The notes under the pieces are model-generated. The model did no database searches, had not been told where the DNA came from, and worked only from the letters and a program-made list of their open reading frames with translations. Below are positions 9,701-23,590 of a stretch of DNA of 64,000 bases, one piece after another. Every line of letters starts with the position of its first letter. Position 1 is the stretch's first letter. Both the position numbers and the translations under genes were made by a program. The stretch is from the NCBI GenBank assembly GCA_950097015.1, contig CATNEN010000002.1:6696001-6760000 (forward strand), given 5' to 3'. The DNA comes from Macrostomum hystrix. Its lineage: Eukaryota > Animalia > Platyhelminthes.

Positions 9701-12700
9701 TAGGGATTTCTACGGTAGAAATTTTCGGGAGGTTGGGAGATTAAAAACTTTGAGCAGAACAAACCGGATCTTGCAACGGATGCCAGCCTAGAGGCACACA
9801 AAGACACACATACACCTAGTGCTCTTGTGCAACGATTTGTCCTAATGCTACTCAAGACGATGCATTGCAATTTTTTCACCACTTCTGTCAAAGTGGTTGG
9901 GAGTGCAATCTCAATCTGCAACGGCTGCGCCATTGCCTTTACATCTGGTCAATCGTATGATTTTTTTCTTGATAATCACTTTCGACTTAACGGTGATGAA
10001 AATTGAATTAAAATATGATTACTTTCTATTTTAATAGAAAGACCCTTTAATTTCCTGGGATTTTTTTCCAAGAAGCCGATTTGCTGGCACGCAAGCTGTC
10101 GTCGATTTCCTAATCTCGACTGGGGGGGACACGAAAATGAGCTGTCAGGCCTATCAGGTCAATCAGAGCGAGAGAGACAATCCATTTTTTGAAGAGGAAT
10201 TCTCATCCGACATGAAGTCTATCCAGTTACACAAGGGAATATGAAAAAACACCACCTTGGCAAATTGCGGGCTTTGAAGATGAGTCGGAAGAGGGGGGGT
10301 TAAGAGAGACATTGCTCGGGGAGAAGGGAATTCTGCAGGGGAGATAGAAGAGGTTAGGATAGTCAGGATTCTGGTTTCGTCTTGTCGCAGCTCAAGCAAG
10401 TGCCTCGCACGAGAGCTTGCGAACGCCGCGGAGAAGCGGCGAGAGAGATTGGGAGAATGCACGACATGTTCTGAGAGGGCTTTCTAACTATGTCGGCCAG
10501 TGCAACAACTAACAGAATAGCTGCCCAATTTTTTTAGTTTTATAGAATTATGGACATTGGGTAAAACACGATTCGACCGAGGCTAAAACGAATAGTTAGT
10601 AGAGGTCTTTAAATCCACATTAATCCCAGCCTCACATCCCCAATCTATTCTCACCTGCAGATCCTTCTTGGCCATTTCTGCGTCCAGCCTGGTCTTGAAG
10701 GTGACAAAACCGACGGGCTAAAACACGAGCATGGATTATAGCAAATATAAATTCGCATCAAAACGTTAAGAAGCTGGAAAATGAAAAACTGTCAAGTCTT
10801 CATTTTACTCACCGAGGTGGTTTTCCCGTTCTTGCCAGTCACCTTCAGCAGGGAGGTTTCGTAACCCTGTGAACAAAAGTTTGGTTTGAAATTTAGAAAG
10901 AAAGTTACTTAAAAAGTTACTGGCGAATTTCATTTCTAATGAACTTGACTAAGAAACTGCCGTTTAAAATCTGAAATTCTCCCGAAACTGTGCGGCCCCA
11001 GAATGTTTTCTATCTACAGTTATAGGGGAAATCTAGAATCACTTAAATCAACCCTTCACCACCGACTCCAACTATCTTCCACTCAGTCTGCTGCTCTTCC
11101 ACTCACCCATCCACCACTGACTCCACCGCTCTACCACTGGACTCTACCCATCTACAACTGATTTCACCCATCTACCACTGACTCTAGTGGTTGTTGCCTT
11201 GTGGTTAGAGCATCGAACTCACGACTTAAATGTCGGTGGTTCGATTCCTGACTCCACTGGAACAATTTGTGTCCTTTAGCAAGACACTCTCAACTCTCAA
11301 CTCTGGATTGCTGCAGTTCACCCAGCTGTTAAATGGGTACCAGAATCAGCTGGGGTAATTGAGGATGGGTGTGGAGTCCCCCAGTCCATGGACTGAAAAG
11401 CTGTACGCAGCCTTCAGATGCGCCGCGCAATATCTGCGGCTGTGCTGTCGGCTGCACATCTGTCACAGTCAGAGCAGGTGCAATAAAAAACTGACTCTAC
11501 CGCTCTACCACTGACTCTCGACTATTCATGCTACCTATGAACACCTGGCTACACCAAAATGAGTTGAAAGTATTTCGGTGAAAGTGTGTACAAAAAAATA
11601 AAATAATGTTTCAATCGAGTTCAGGTTCCACTAGTTCGAATCTTTTAAGTAAGCGTTATTTTTAAACGATATCTTTTAGTGCACTCTAGTGCAGAAATTC
11701 ATACGGAGATTATATTGAATAAAGAACTTTTTTAACAAAACCTCAGCGATAAAGGTTTGAAAAATTTCTGAAGTGCCGATGCAACTGCTGCACACATGAG
11801 TGCGAACTACGCTTAAATTACTAGAGTACTTGTTAGTTTGTTCTAATGAGTTGAGAAGTGCCGGCTTTGCTATCGTAGACCGATTCATAGTTTTACATTA
11901 TGTTTGCATCAACCAGGTAACGTAGGGATTTTGTGAGCCGAAACTTAAACACAACGTTTGAAGCCTCTTTTAAAACATATCTGATTGATTTCGAACCAAC
12001 TGAAGGATGAACTTAACGACTGTTGCGAGAAGTTATGTTAGGAAAAATTAATTTATTTATATAGGACACACGAAAATGAAGAGGCTGGTGCTACCTGTGC
12101 CGGCCCAGGTGTGTTCAATACTAATTTAGTTTGATTATGGAAAGTGACTGAAGCGAAAGCAGGTCACTTTCGTTCACCTTTAGACACTTTCTTTCTTGCC
12201 TAACAGCTAGACATTGTTAGACATGTTAGACATGGGTGTCCTACCTGTTGGACATGGGTGTCCTACCTATTGGACATGCGTGTCCTACCTGTTAGACATG
12301 GGTGTCCTCTCAGTTAGACATGGGTGTCCTATCAGTTAGACATGGGTGTCCTACCTGTTACGCATGGGTGTCCTACCTGTTACGCATGGGTGTACTTGCT
12401 GTTAGACATGGGTGTCGTACCTGTTAAACATGGGTTATCCTACCTGTTAGACACAGGGCGTCCTACCTGGTGTCCTACCTGCTTTACATGGTGCCCTTTC
12501 TGCTATATTTTTAGCTGTTAAAATTGAGTGCTCTGGACAAACGATCGGGTGGCCATGGGTTAAAAGCAAACAAAACTCGGTGTGTTTGCTGAATAAGCTG
12601 TGAAGCAGACGTCAGCCGTGATCAATAATGTGTCTCGCAGTTGGCGGTGAAGAGGCCAACATCTGATTTATTACTCTTATTATTGAAACTGTGCTGCGCG

Positions 12701-15700
12701 AGTGAAGAAAGGTAATTTAGGAAGTGTTTTCAAATTACTCAATCGAAACAATTGCTTGTTGTGCCTATTTTGCCAACTTTTGAGTGCGTCATGTGGAACT
12801 TACTCTCTGAAAGGACTCAATTCACAATGTCTGCACCTGTTTGATTAGATACAGACAAGACACAAGCAATCCCGGATTGAATCAGCCTAAAATCGTGATT
12901 TGGGGTTAATTTAAACACCTTGTAGAAATTTTCAACTGAAATTTTACATGGCCAGTAAATGCTTCGACTGCAGAAGCTACTCTTGGTTTGTTGGACTCTT
13001 CCTTGTACTGGTGTATGACGCGCGGTACATTATGACAAGGCGCAAAGTGACAAACTGCAAACTCACCTTGAATCCGCGGAACAGCAGGTAGAGCTCGCGA
13101 GACTTTGTGTCCATGGGCAGGCCGCTAACAAACAGTGTGCGCACCTGTATGGATAAATAATATGAAATATTTTTCGGTTAAGTCAGCTGGCTAAAGTCCC
13201 TCCAAATAAGTATAAAGAGGCTATAGAAAAGGCCCAATCATATTAAAAAATGAGATTTAAAGAAATGACTGAAAAATGTGTTAGAGAGGCGAGATTGCGC
13301 GCTGCGAAGCTTAATAGAGAACACAATATTTTGTCTCCGTATCGCTTTCACCGGACATTGCTTAACTCATTTAAAACCGAACACAGATGATAGTAGGTGA
13401 CTGATTGCATAACTTCCTTGCGCGGGTAACACATTGATATTGTTTACATTGTGGAAATCGTAGCAACGATGCTATTGTGAACGTTAAAAGGTTCACGTAA
13501 GCCTGGTGACTCGTACATAAGTCTGCAAGCCTTTCAAAATTAAAATCAAGCTCAAAAAATGTTAATTAAAGTGAAGGAAAGGATCAGTGGACACTGAAAG
13601 AACAGATCGGTTTTCCGCCTTCAGGCAGTCATGCGGCAATCTCAGCAAGTATGCATTATGCAAGGATTGGGCAGGGTCGGAATATTTTAGAATCGGGAAG
13701 GTCGCTCCAGACAGCGGAGTCACGCAGCTCTGGAGATCAAGCACTCACTTCCGTTCCCACATGAAACAGCCGTTCCGAGGGTTCAAGGTGCTGCAGAAAC
13801 CCTCGCCCAATTAATTATTAATCTTATCTTCGAAAACTGCTACACAGATCTGAGAGGAGAAAAAACTGTTTCACGGTGCGTTTGGGGTGTCTGCTTCAGG
13901 TTTCGGCCAGGTGTATCAAGGTTACCTGCAACACCCAACTTAGCTTTGGTCTCTGGTTTTACTTTCATTCGCATTTTTTGTCTGAAAATCGGTTTCAGAA
14001 GTGTCGTAGAAGCAAACGCTCAGGTGAAAGGTTGGAGAGGCTGCCAGGTGGCCTGAGAAAAGAAACCAACTTCAGACACGTTTCTTTCACATAGCTCGGG
14101 TCCTTTGATGGCCTGCTGCAATGGGAACAAGCTCCTATTTCCTACCTTGAGAGCTCGCCCTTCCTGCAACTGCAAAAGCTCTCCCTCAGCCTCTCTGTCT
14201 CTCATGCGGCTGACAAAATGATGATTTTCTAGCTGACTGAGCAGAATTCGCCACGCACCACTGCACATTTCGACCCTCATTGTGGGGCGGAGACATCCCC
14301 GACTTAAAACCTTTTCATTCGATGCCTCGCTAATGCCCAGCCAGGATTTGCAGAGTCGAAGCTTCTCGGGGGCCCATCGCTTTCGCATTAATCCCCTCGG
14401 TGATTAGCGCGAAAAAGGGGAGCTGCGCCACACACCTCCCTCCGGAGAAATCCGCGGACTAAATCGTGCTAATCTTTTTTTAAATCCGTGTCTCTGCCGA
14501 TGATGTCGAGCGTGAGCACCTACCAAGACCCATGCTCATCTAATCTGCCCAGCCTCTCCGGGGCTTCTGAGATCGTGACGGAGGCAGGCTGGGGGCTTCC
14601 CAAAACGCGACCTCATCCCAATACATACATCCTACCCCAGAGATTATAGCTAGCCCTACCTAAATCTCTTGCCTAGATAAAACGAACTGGCAATATTAGC
14701 AAGTTAAGAAAACGCAAGCAGAGGATCTGTTCACCACACTCGTTGGTCTAGTAGATGCGAATTGCAGAAGTCTGTCACTTGTTGAAACTCTCAGCTGACT
14801 TCAAGCGGAAGGCTGAAGAGAACTGAATCGATCAAAACTTTCGCCTGAGCACATGACAGCAGCTCAGCGACTGCCTACCTCGCTGGAGTCCGGAATTGCG
14901 TTGAGAAACATTTTGAGTCGACTTTGTAGGGGAAGGAATACTACTGAACCCCTAGTGAAAGGGAGAGTGACTCAGTGAAGTGCGGAAGAAGTTTTTATAA
15001 AGTTAAAAAGCAACATTATAGAATTCTCCCATTCTCGCATGAAACAATGGGCTCTTAGCAGACAGGTGCGGTGCAGACACACAGCCGTCACATGGACTTT
15101 TCTTACACTAAACAGCTGAAGAGGAAAGTCACGGCCTATATTGAATCCTAGAACCTGATAAATGCATCTGTCTAGTGCTGGAGTTGTTAGTTTCCGAGGG
15201 TCAGTTTGGCACAACAATAGCAAAAAGACATGCTTGCGCTTCACAGAGCACGGCGCCAGATTAAACAAATGAAAGCGAAGCTATTGTGCTGCTTCAATGG
15301 CTAGGAAATTCACACGGAAACAGAGAAGCAACCGTTGGAAGGCAATTTTCTGCTTTACTTGGCCTTCTACAACAGAAACAGCTCAGTTTTAATTCTGCTT
15401 AATCTGTGGGAAAAATATTTTTTTGAAGCGCCCTGTCTTTTTTTGCTTTTACTGCCAACCAACGAATTTACCGAGCTATGAAATAAGGAATTTTACTATG
15501 CTCTTACCCGGGATGGCAGACATAATCAACATTAACCCCGTCTGAGACTTAAATGCAATGAGATTACGAAACACTCAAGCTGCTAGTCTGTTTCCAGACC
15601 AGAAGATGCAGTCTTGCCTTATAGCCAAGTGGACTCAATTAGTAATTATTGAGAGAATTGAGCAACAAACAATGGATCGACGAGGGTGGCACTTGGACCT

Positions 15701-18700
15701 AAAGAAAAATGATCATGAGAGCAAAGCAGGGTTCGGTGGTTAGAAGTAGTTTTTTAACAGTATCTAGTGACTCAAATAGACACACAGACGCAGTGACAAC
15801 TGATGCCTGTCCATCTCTATTAAATTGTGTCTGCTCAACAGTTGAGAACAAGAATGCAGGCACAGATCTATTGAGCACCCAATAGCAAGTTGCGCAGAGG
15901 TCGCAGACACTGCGGGGAGTGGGAGGGACTCACAGCTCCGCTGCCTGTCAGTCAAGCTGGCTGGCAGGGGGTCTCGCTGCTGCTGCTGCTGCTCAAGAGA
16001 AAAGAGAGCTACCCCGGTTTTCCTGTGCCACAAAAGTGTGGCTGTTTCAAAGCTGCATGGAGCTTTGAGCTGGGCAGAGGTACAATTAACCCTGACGTGC
16101 CTGAGTTTCATTGCTTCCTTTTTTTAGTCATGGGAAACGTTTGTGTTGGGTGAGTATGCGACAGAGTAGAGAGTGAGAGGACACGGAGGGGGGAAACGGT
16201 GAGACTACAATTCCCACTATGTAGTAGATAGAGGAATGGGCCATACACTTCAACAATGCAAGTGTGGAAGACACTTCACTTCCTGTTCCAGCGCTGCATG
16301 GGTGTGAAGGCTTCAGAACAACGGAATAGTTTCAGGGAATTGGGAGGACAGAAGCAGTTCACTCATTCAGTCCGTCCCGGTTCTCTATTGCAGCGCTATA
16401 GCTTCCTGTTCCATAAATCGGCAAAGTACCTACCTCTGCTGGAAATTCAATCAAAGCATAAATTATGCTAATGGAAAAGTGGCGCCGGCATTGTCTGTTG
16501 ATTAGCATGGGCAATCATGTGTTCATTAAACTCCGCGTAATTGGGGAGTTAATTAACAACAAATTCATAAACAATCGATTTCACCTGATCTTCAACACTA
16601 AATCTAATAAAATATGAGGTCCTAGTGCTTGGTGGGAGACTTGGTAGAAATTCACAGCTGATGCAGCTTCTGGAAGACACGCAGTCGCTATGGCTGAGTT
16701 GCCTGGCCAAATTAATAATGCAGTCCATGCATTGGCTTTAATGCCGAATTCACATTCTATTCAGCCCTTGACAAAACTCCCATGAGCACAGCGGGGGTCT
16801 GGGCAGGGATGGTACAGTAATTACACTATAGGAGCCAACGCACACACAGAGATACACCACTGCAGCTGGAGATGGAGCTACAGTCAAACTATGATGCGAC
16901 TAGCTATGCAGAACCTGCCAAGCAATTCAATTAGTGAAGCCATTGCCATAATTGGGAAACATTATTGATTATAATCAACACAATAGTATTCGTTAAACAT
17001 TCAACTACAGATATAATTATCTCCCTTTCCTTGTATGAAAAATAATTGAAGTACCACTAAGTTAAAAATGTCTAAACCAGGTATCAATTTCTCCGATCAG
17101 TATACAGAGTTAGTTACAGAGAAGGGATAAATACGGGGGTATTCCCAAAGTGCAGTTAAATCCCATTGCACAGAACAGCCTGCTTATGTAGTTGGCTTGG
17201 CTTATCTGTTAGTGAAGTGTGTCAAGAGTCAGGAGGGTATTTGGCAAGCTTGCCAGCTCAAGTTTTGGAGGCTAGTTAGTCTAAGCCCTTAATCCTCATG
17301 ATGATGGTGCTAGGGAGGGATGGGCCTTGGGTAATTTGAAATACAAGACCCAGCTATTAGGTGGCAGAGCTAGAAAATGGAAGCTGAACTGCATCTAACT
17401 TCATTCCCAAGTTGTCATTGTTGTGGGAATGCTAAACACGGTGAGAAAAAGAGATGGGATAAAGATATTCAGCTTCCCTTTGTGCTGCGAGCTCGCGCAG
17501 AGAAGCAGATGCGGATGCAGCGAGAAAAAAAGAGAACAAGAATGGAGAGAACATTTCTCTAACAATGTCCCGGGCCAACGCGGATGCCAAAGGGGACGAT
17601 GGCGGCGATGTTTTGTGTCTCTGAGTAGGGCGGCGGAAGGACATTGAGGCGGGGGAATAAAGGAGGCGGTGCCAGCGGCTGCTGCAAATTGGAATAGGAA
17701 AAATATATGTAGGCGGGGCTCCTGCCACAATAGCTACTGCTGCTGCTGCTCAGGGCAACAAAGGCGTAAAAAAGGTTGAATCCACACAATGCGCTGTGCC
17801 AGTCCCTCCCGCAGTCACTCACTGACTAATACTTATACTAATCTGGTTGAGCATGAGTTAGCCAGCACATGCAGTTTGACATGCCATTCGCAATGAACAG
17901 AATTGAAATTGTTAAAAATCTCCATTCCTAAAATAAAACGCTCGCTGCGTCGGACTTCACTTAGAGAGTTAGTGTTTTGCAATGGAGCTTCAATCCATGC
18001 CAGATGCCATTCCACTCAGCTTGTAAAAGCAAAATAAAATAAAAACTATATTTCTGCGATTGTCGCTTTCATTGTTCAACGATGCTTGAGAGCGCGCAGT
18101 TTCGTGGCCTGCATTACAATTCACTAAGCGGTCGCAAAGATTGTTAAATCATTCGAGTGTTTTAATTGGGGAATTCAGGGCCGTATATAGTTTTTCCACT
18201 TGATCATAAAAGTTAGGCATTAATTTAGCACAGAATTGCGACATTAGTTTATGACCAGGTTTCCTACCGATTTGGGCCATAGAATAATCAATGGGGTAAA
18301 TAGCTAAAAATAGAAACTTCGAGTCCTATGTAACATGCCTCTGCTCTGCTCTTTTTGTTCAGAAAGGCTAAGCTAAATAGGAAACGAAGTTCAAATGTAC
18401 ACTAAATTTCTTTACGCATAGGAAAGAGCATTATATAGCGCGCCCATTAAATTATATGGTGCTAAATGTTTGCTACTTCGACAAGAGAATGCCTTCAAGC
18501 GCATTAGATGTTGGCCAAGGGACCTTTCTGTGCCAAACCCTACTTTCACACTTCGGGGCCAAAGAAGAAGGCTCAAATTACACGGAAATTTCACTTCTCT
18601 TTCTCTCCTTGTAAGCAGGCTATGAGCTGGACAAGTTGGGGTGCTTGGTCAGGCATGGGCTAGCTTCATGGTCATTGTCTAACTTCTCACTCTGGCTAAA

Positions 18701-21700
18701 AAGCAACGAACTTCCTCTAGACACGGAAATAAGGCACATTGATTTGGTCACTTTGCCTGAAAAAGCACACAAGTATTGTGTTACAGTATCGAGCGTTCTC
18801 ACGAGAGTTGACAAAAAAGAGGGTAGATTTAGCCACGCATTCTTTGGGATGCTTCTGACATACGTTTTGAAATTATGTACAATAAAATATACAAAAACTG
18901 TATTGACTATGCTGAAGTGAAACGACTCATTTTAGGTAGCTATGTTCTCATATAGAATACTAGCCTGAGTGACTGCCACACAAGAGTCTCGGAGCAAAGT
19001 GGGATAGGCAGTTTGAGCACAAGCAGTATAGAAGAAGCAGCAGCAGCAGTGGCCTCGAGAAGCGAGTTGAGATTGGGAAGGACTCGAAGTGGGGACGAAT
19101 GGCTGCAAGGAGGCACATGCAGCACTATGCATGGATACACGTGTATTACCCTCGGCCCGGCCTAACGAAAGGGGCCTTCGAGGCTGGCCCGGGCACAATT
19201 AGAGAGAGAGGAATGGGGATGGGGAGAGTGGGGGAGGATGGGACAGGACGGGCTTGAAAACTGCTGTCGTGCCTTCAAGACGATCCCGCATCCACTGGCT
19301 GCTCGGCCCTTGAATCTCAGAGGAAGGCAGAGTAAAAAAAGATGGGGAGAACAGACCGGCGTCTTTCAAAGCCTGCCACAAAAGCCCCACGTAGCTCAGG
19401 CAAATTAGAGCGCCCAGCCGCGTCCCTTTTATCTTTCGGTCCTCGGCCCTCCTAAGGCTGAGCTCGTTCGGATTCTTTTCTGTTCTAGTGCTGGTACCCG
19501 ACCACCCGCTAAGCTGCTCAGGCTGCAGACCTAGCTTTCGTAACGCAGCTGCTGTTGTGTGTCTTCCTCTTTCGCTTCTTTTATCTTGTGCTCGCTCATT
19601 ATCAATTTCTGCTTCAGGTAGCTAGAGCTATGCAGGTGGGACTTTGCAGGTGCGAAGCCGATACGAAGAATATATAGACACGGACACAGGTGATCCAGTG
19701 TTGTTTGCTAGGAAAGATGCTCAATAAATTCGAAAATTCGTCAATCTATTAAATTCCTCAGATCTCCCATTTCTTCTAGACATAGCTCTATTGACTCGCT
19801 TGCACAACATGCCAGGCCCGCATGCTTCTCTGAGGTAGTCAGTTAGAAATATATATTCCACTGAATCAATAGTCACATTGAATGCAAGCAAAACAGCATT
19901 CGCCAGATGGAAGGGTGTGGCGTGAGGAGATATTTCCCTCCCACGGAGCATTGGCCGCGCCCAGATTCCCGATTTCTTGGAAACGAGCTTGAGTTCGATA
20001 TTTTATATGGCATTTGGAGATGGGAAAATGTAATAGGATTCCTGCATTGCTGAGCCTATTAGTTGCTGGGGATGGGATCAGAATTCGGAGCAGACGATCC
20101 CTAAGCCCAGCCTCCCTGGCCTCAGGGATGCAAACGCAAAAGTCAGCAAAACAAAAGAAGGAAACAAGGCGGGGCCATTAGCATTCAGAGCTGCCTGTCA
20201 GGCCGGACGGACGCCTACGGGCTAAACAAAGGCCGCGTTTTTGGGGAAGAAACTCAGGCATGGAATAATGAGGCATCTCAAATCCAGGTGGATCGGGGGC
20301 TGGCGCAGACAGACAGAAGACAGGCAGCTCAAAGGGATGGTGAGGCAAGGTTAGGTTATGGACCGCGGGTAGCTATCGACTTCGCTTCATCGACAATTTT
20401 TTGTCTCCACTTTTGCCACGGGCTGCTGTGGCGGGTGGGCACTCTGAGCAGGGATTGCAGCTTGCTCCCATTGATTTTCTTGGCCTCGGGAAGAACTTGC
20501 CTGCCTCATTAGAGAGAGGCAAAGAGGATTTGTAGGATGAGGAAAATGAGCAGGCCACACTGAGGAGCTCAAAGTCAAAGTGAAGGTGCAGCTCAGACTA
20601 GGCCTGGCCATACCTAAATCCCGACTCCCGATCCATCGAAAACTCTTAACAATCATTCCGCTGGGGATAAGACTATCAGATTGCTTCCTACCTGATCGAT
20701 ATTAAAGATAAGGCAGGATGCTGATCTAAGAATGCTGAACTGGAAGCATGTGGATTTTATTACAAAAGATGATGATTCAGGACCATCTGATGAGAGCTGT
20801 AGCATCCAATGACATCAAATTAAGCCTTAAAACCTTACATGAGGTTAAGCATAATAATCTCAATAACTCACGATCCGGAGATAAATAAAATCCTAAACTC
20901 TTAATATGCAATTGAATTGAGTTTAAGAGTTTGTGAGAGAATGTAGGAAAAGCCATGAGATGAGCATATTAGTGAGAAGACCAAAACATTATTCAATTAT
21001 GCAGCTTCAGCAGACGCGGGCTGTCCGAAGGGCCTCATGATGTGCCCTGCAAAACACGTGCAGATGAGGTGGCGAGACGGAAGAGGAGAGAAGAGAGACG
21101 GGAAAAGAGAGACAGAAATCATCACCATAAAGCTTATAGTCTTCCTGCCACTTGCTGCAGTTGCAAGCCAAGGCTGGAGAACATACACTGAGCTCTGAGC
21201 CCCAAGACACAGCCACAATGCTGCACGGCTGCTGAAGCGGGTCTTGAAGTAAAAAAATAAATAATTCATAAATCCAGAAGAGCTGAGGGCACAGAACTCT
21301 TTGATCAGGAGTTTGCGACTAAAAATGATTTGTTTTTACGCAGGCTTTTTATAAATCTGAAAATGCATTGAAGCACTAAACCCGTAATAGACAAAAGGAC
21401 CGCCTGTTCAAAACTGATTTAGTTAATTTTTATTAATCATCTGTCCCACCAAACAGCTGATCTATTAAATTGATTTTACCAAACAATTCCGATTCGCTGC
21501 ATTTGTTAATATTAACAATTAGGCTTTTCGATTTGTTTATTTAGGTTACATTGGGGAAAATTTATCTTTATGATGCTCAGCATCTAAAACTGAGTAACGT
21601 CAGTGGATGAGTGTCAGTCTGTTGGCCAAGTTGAGAACGAGACGTGAAATATGTGTGCTGAATTTGTGAACAAATGAGCCTAATTCCATAGTTAGTCTCC

Positions 21701-23590
21701 CTACCTGCACACCACCCACACACACTGCAACTCTGGGAAGCCAAGAACTGAAGTGCCAATTTGAAATACGGACTCGTACAACACAATGCCCCCAGCTGCT
21801 GCTGCTGCTGCTGCTGCTACAGCTCACTACAGCCGATTTGGTTCATGCAATTCAATGGACATTGGGGGATGGGTAGCACGGCAAGCGATGGCAAATTGCT
21901 GCAGAATAGATGGGACTATAGCTTCCAGCTAATCTCTCATTTATTGACAACGGGTAGGTGGACAAGACAGGCCTCTCCTGATGCTGGCTGAGTGAGGGGA
22001 ATAAATTTTTCTGGACAGAACAGAGTAGAAAAGAAAAAGGTAGACTGCAGCAGAACCGAGTGCCCACTATTGCCCACACTGTCCACACAGTCATTAAGCG
22101 CTTAGGCCTAACCAACACAATTTTCACCATGGCCCTGCTATTGTAGAAGTTACCAAATTCAATATAATTTACAAAAATGGCAGTAGAACTAAATTTTGTT
22201 AAAAACAAAGTCCCATACCAGATTCGAATAGCCATGACTTCGCAGTCACAAAGCTATTGAAACAAACTAATTCATCAACTTCCAAAGCTTTTTGATCGAT
22301 ACAAAGTTGAGTTAGATTATTTAAGAGCGTGTCAAGTCCCATTGCTTCGAATAAACAATGCGATAATAAAACTCCTAAAGAAGGCCCAGACGTTTTTATG
22401 TCTGTCTCGGGGCCCAAGCGAACCAGTTTAGACCGGAATTCGATCTACGAAAAAGGCGCCCTCGGAGCGAACTTTCTATTTTTAGAACTGACGACACTTT
22501 GGGTGGTTGGGGCTCCGAAGGACGTGACGGAAAACAAAGACTCGTGGAAATTTCTAAGGGAATGACAAATGGAATTTTCCTCTGGTTGGGACTCGGGACT
22601 TGGGTTGGGCACACAGCCTGATTGCGGGGAGTTAGTTAAGTGGGTCGCAAAAGTCTCCTTAAATAAGGAAAGGAAACTTCCCATAGTACAATTCCCTTAT
22701 TCCCAAAAACGTGGCCAAATTAAACAAAGCCCCTTAAATTGCAAGCTATCGCAAGCTTCGAAAGCTAGCAATCTCAAATGACATCTAGTGGACTCCCCGA
22801 ACCACTCTTTCTATCCCAGTTTTCTACTAGACCTATAAAAGATTGTTTAAGCAGATGTCTCCTCAGTCACTGAGTCACAGAGCTGGGCAAGGCTTCCTTT
22901 TTAAAGGGGCCTTCAGGCAGTTTCAAAGATTTAAAGTGCACCTTAAGGAATGAGACGTTTCAGACAAACTTCTTTGCTCTACTTGGAATCGTAGAAGTGT
23001 CCCATAAGTACTTAAAAGAGAAAAAATATGATTGATGAATGAGATTGATTGATGGAATGAGATGGATTGATGGAATGAGATGGATTGATGGAATGAGATG
23101 GATTGATGGAATGCAATGGATTGATGGAATGAGATGGATTGATGGAATGAGATGGATTGATGGAATGAGATGGATTGATGGAATGAGTTGGATTGATGGA
23201 ATGAGATGGATTGATGGAATGAGTTGGATTGATGGAATGAGATGGATTGATGGAATGAGTTGGATTGATGGAATGAGATGGATTGATGGAATGAGTTGGA
23301 TTGATGGAATGAGATGGATTGATGTATGTAAATTGAGATAGATAAAAGTGGGGTGAGATGAAATTGAAGGGATGCAGGGCCAAGTGCAAAAATGCAATAA
23401 GCAAAGATGGACAGAAAACAATTCAATTCAGCAAGCAAAAAATAGATATAGGACATTGCAGCGATCAGCACTAAAAAGGCATGAGCACACGACTCACCTC
23501 GTCCTCTCCGCCGCACGTGTTAACGCTGTCTCGGCTCTGGCTAAGCACCATGTTGTTCTCATTGTTAAGCGTAACCGGTGAGACCATCAT
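5812..23590 (-). CDS. cpo: couch potato / RBPMS / MEC-8 family RRM RNA-binding protein, ~312 aa
   Basis: Coding exons on the minus strand: 23498-23590, 13067-13144, 10813-10866, 10655-10717, 8014-8152, 7742-7878, 6634-6941, 5812-5878. All junctions are GT-AG and in frame (939 nt). Translation includes [10 protein letters not shown]...[54 protein letters not shown]...[23 protein letters not shown], the family RRM1 signature, and the start of RRM2 ([24 protein letters not shown]). Confidence 0.93.
5980..6325 (+). mobile_element. SINE family A, copy in the last cpo intron (antisense to cpo)
   Basis: GAGCTCGATTCC B-box, shared body (CTGCCTGACGATGAGAAAGTCAGGGCAG) and ATT-repeat tail. Confidence 0.85.
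7430..7712. repeat. 16-bp minisatellite (GATGGGATCTAGACAA)n, cpo intron
   Basis: About 17 tandem units next to the donor of the 7742-7878 exon. Confidence 0.96.
8175..8512. repeat. 19-bp minisatellite (TTTTGGTTTGGTCAGGACG)n, cpo intron
   Basis: About 17 tandem units just upstream (minus sense) of the 8152 acceptor. Confidence 0.95.
11055..11186. repeat. Degenerate CCACTGACTCTACC-type repeat interrupted by a SINE
   Basis: Decayed units before 11186 resume at 11490-11520, after the SINE. Confidence 0.6.
11187..11489 (+). mobile_element. SINE family B, apparently full length (~303 bp) with 10-bp target-site duplication
   Basis: tRNA-like head (TGTGGTTAGAGC...GGTTCGATTCC), CORE-like centre and 3' end CAATAAAAAA. 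ACTGACTCTA flanks both sides (11177-11186, 11490-11499). Confidence 0.85.
12222..12485. repeat. 22-bp minisatellite (GTTAGACATGGGTGTCCTACCT)n, cpo intron
   Basis: About 11 degenerate tandem units. Confidence 0.93.
23031..23325. repeat. 18-bp minisatellite (GATTGATGGAATGAGATG)n, cpo intron 1
   Basis: About 16 units. Explains the MRWIDG / QSISFH repeat ORFs. Confidence 0.96.

Noticed and set aside
11187-11260. tRNA genes at SINE heads (also 332, 2070-2141, 4006, 33215, 33530)
   Set aside because: A/B boxes are present, but there is no full cloverleaf and each runs straight into a repeated SINE body.
13560-22800. Short ORFs in cpo intron 1 as nested genes or alternative first exons
   Set aside because: None shows a recognisable domain or a phase-0 donor compatible with the 13144 acceptor. 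Treated as non-coding or unrecognisable transposon debris.
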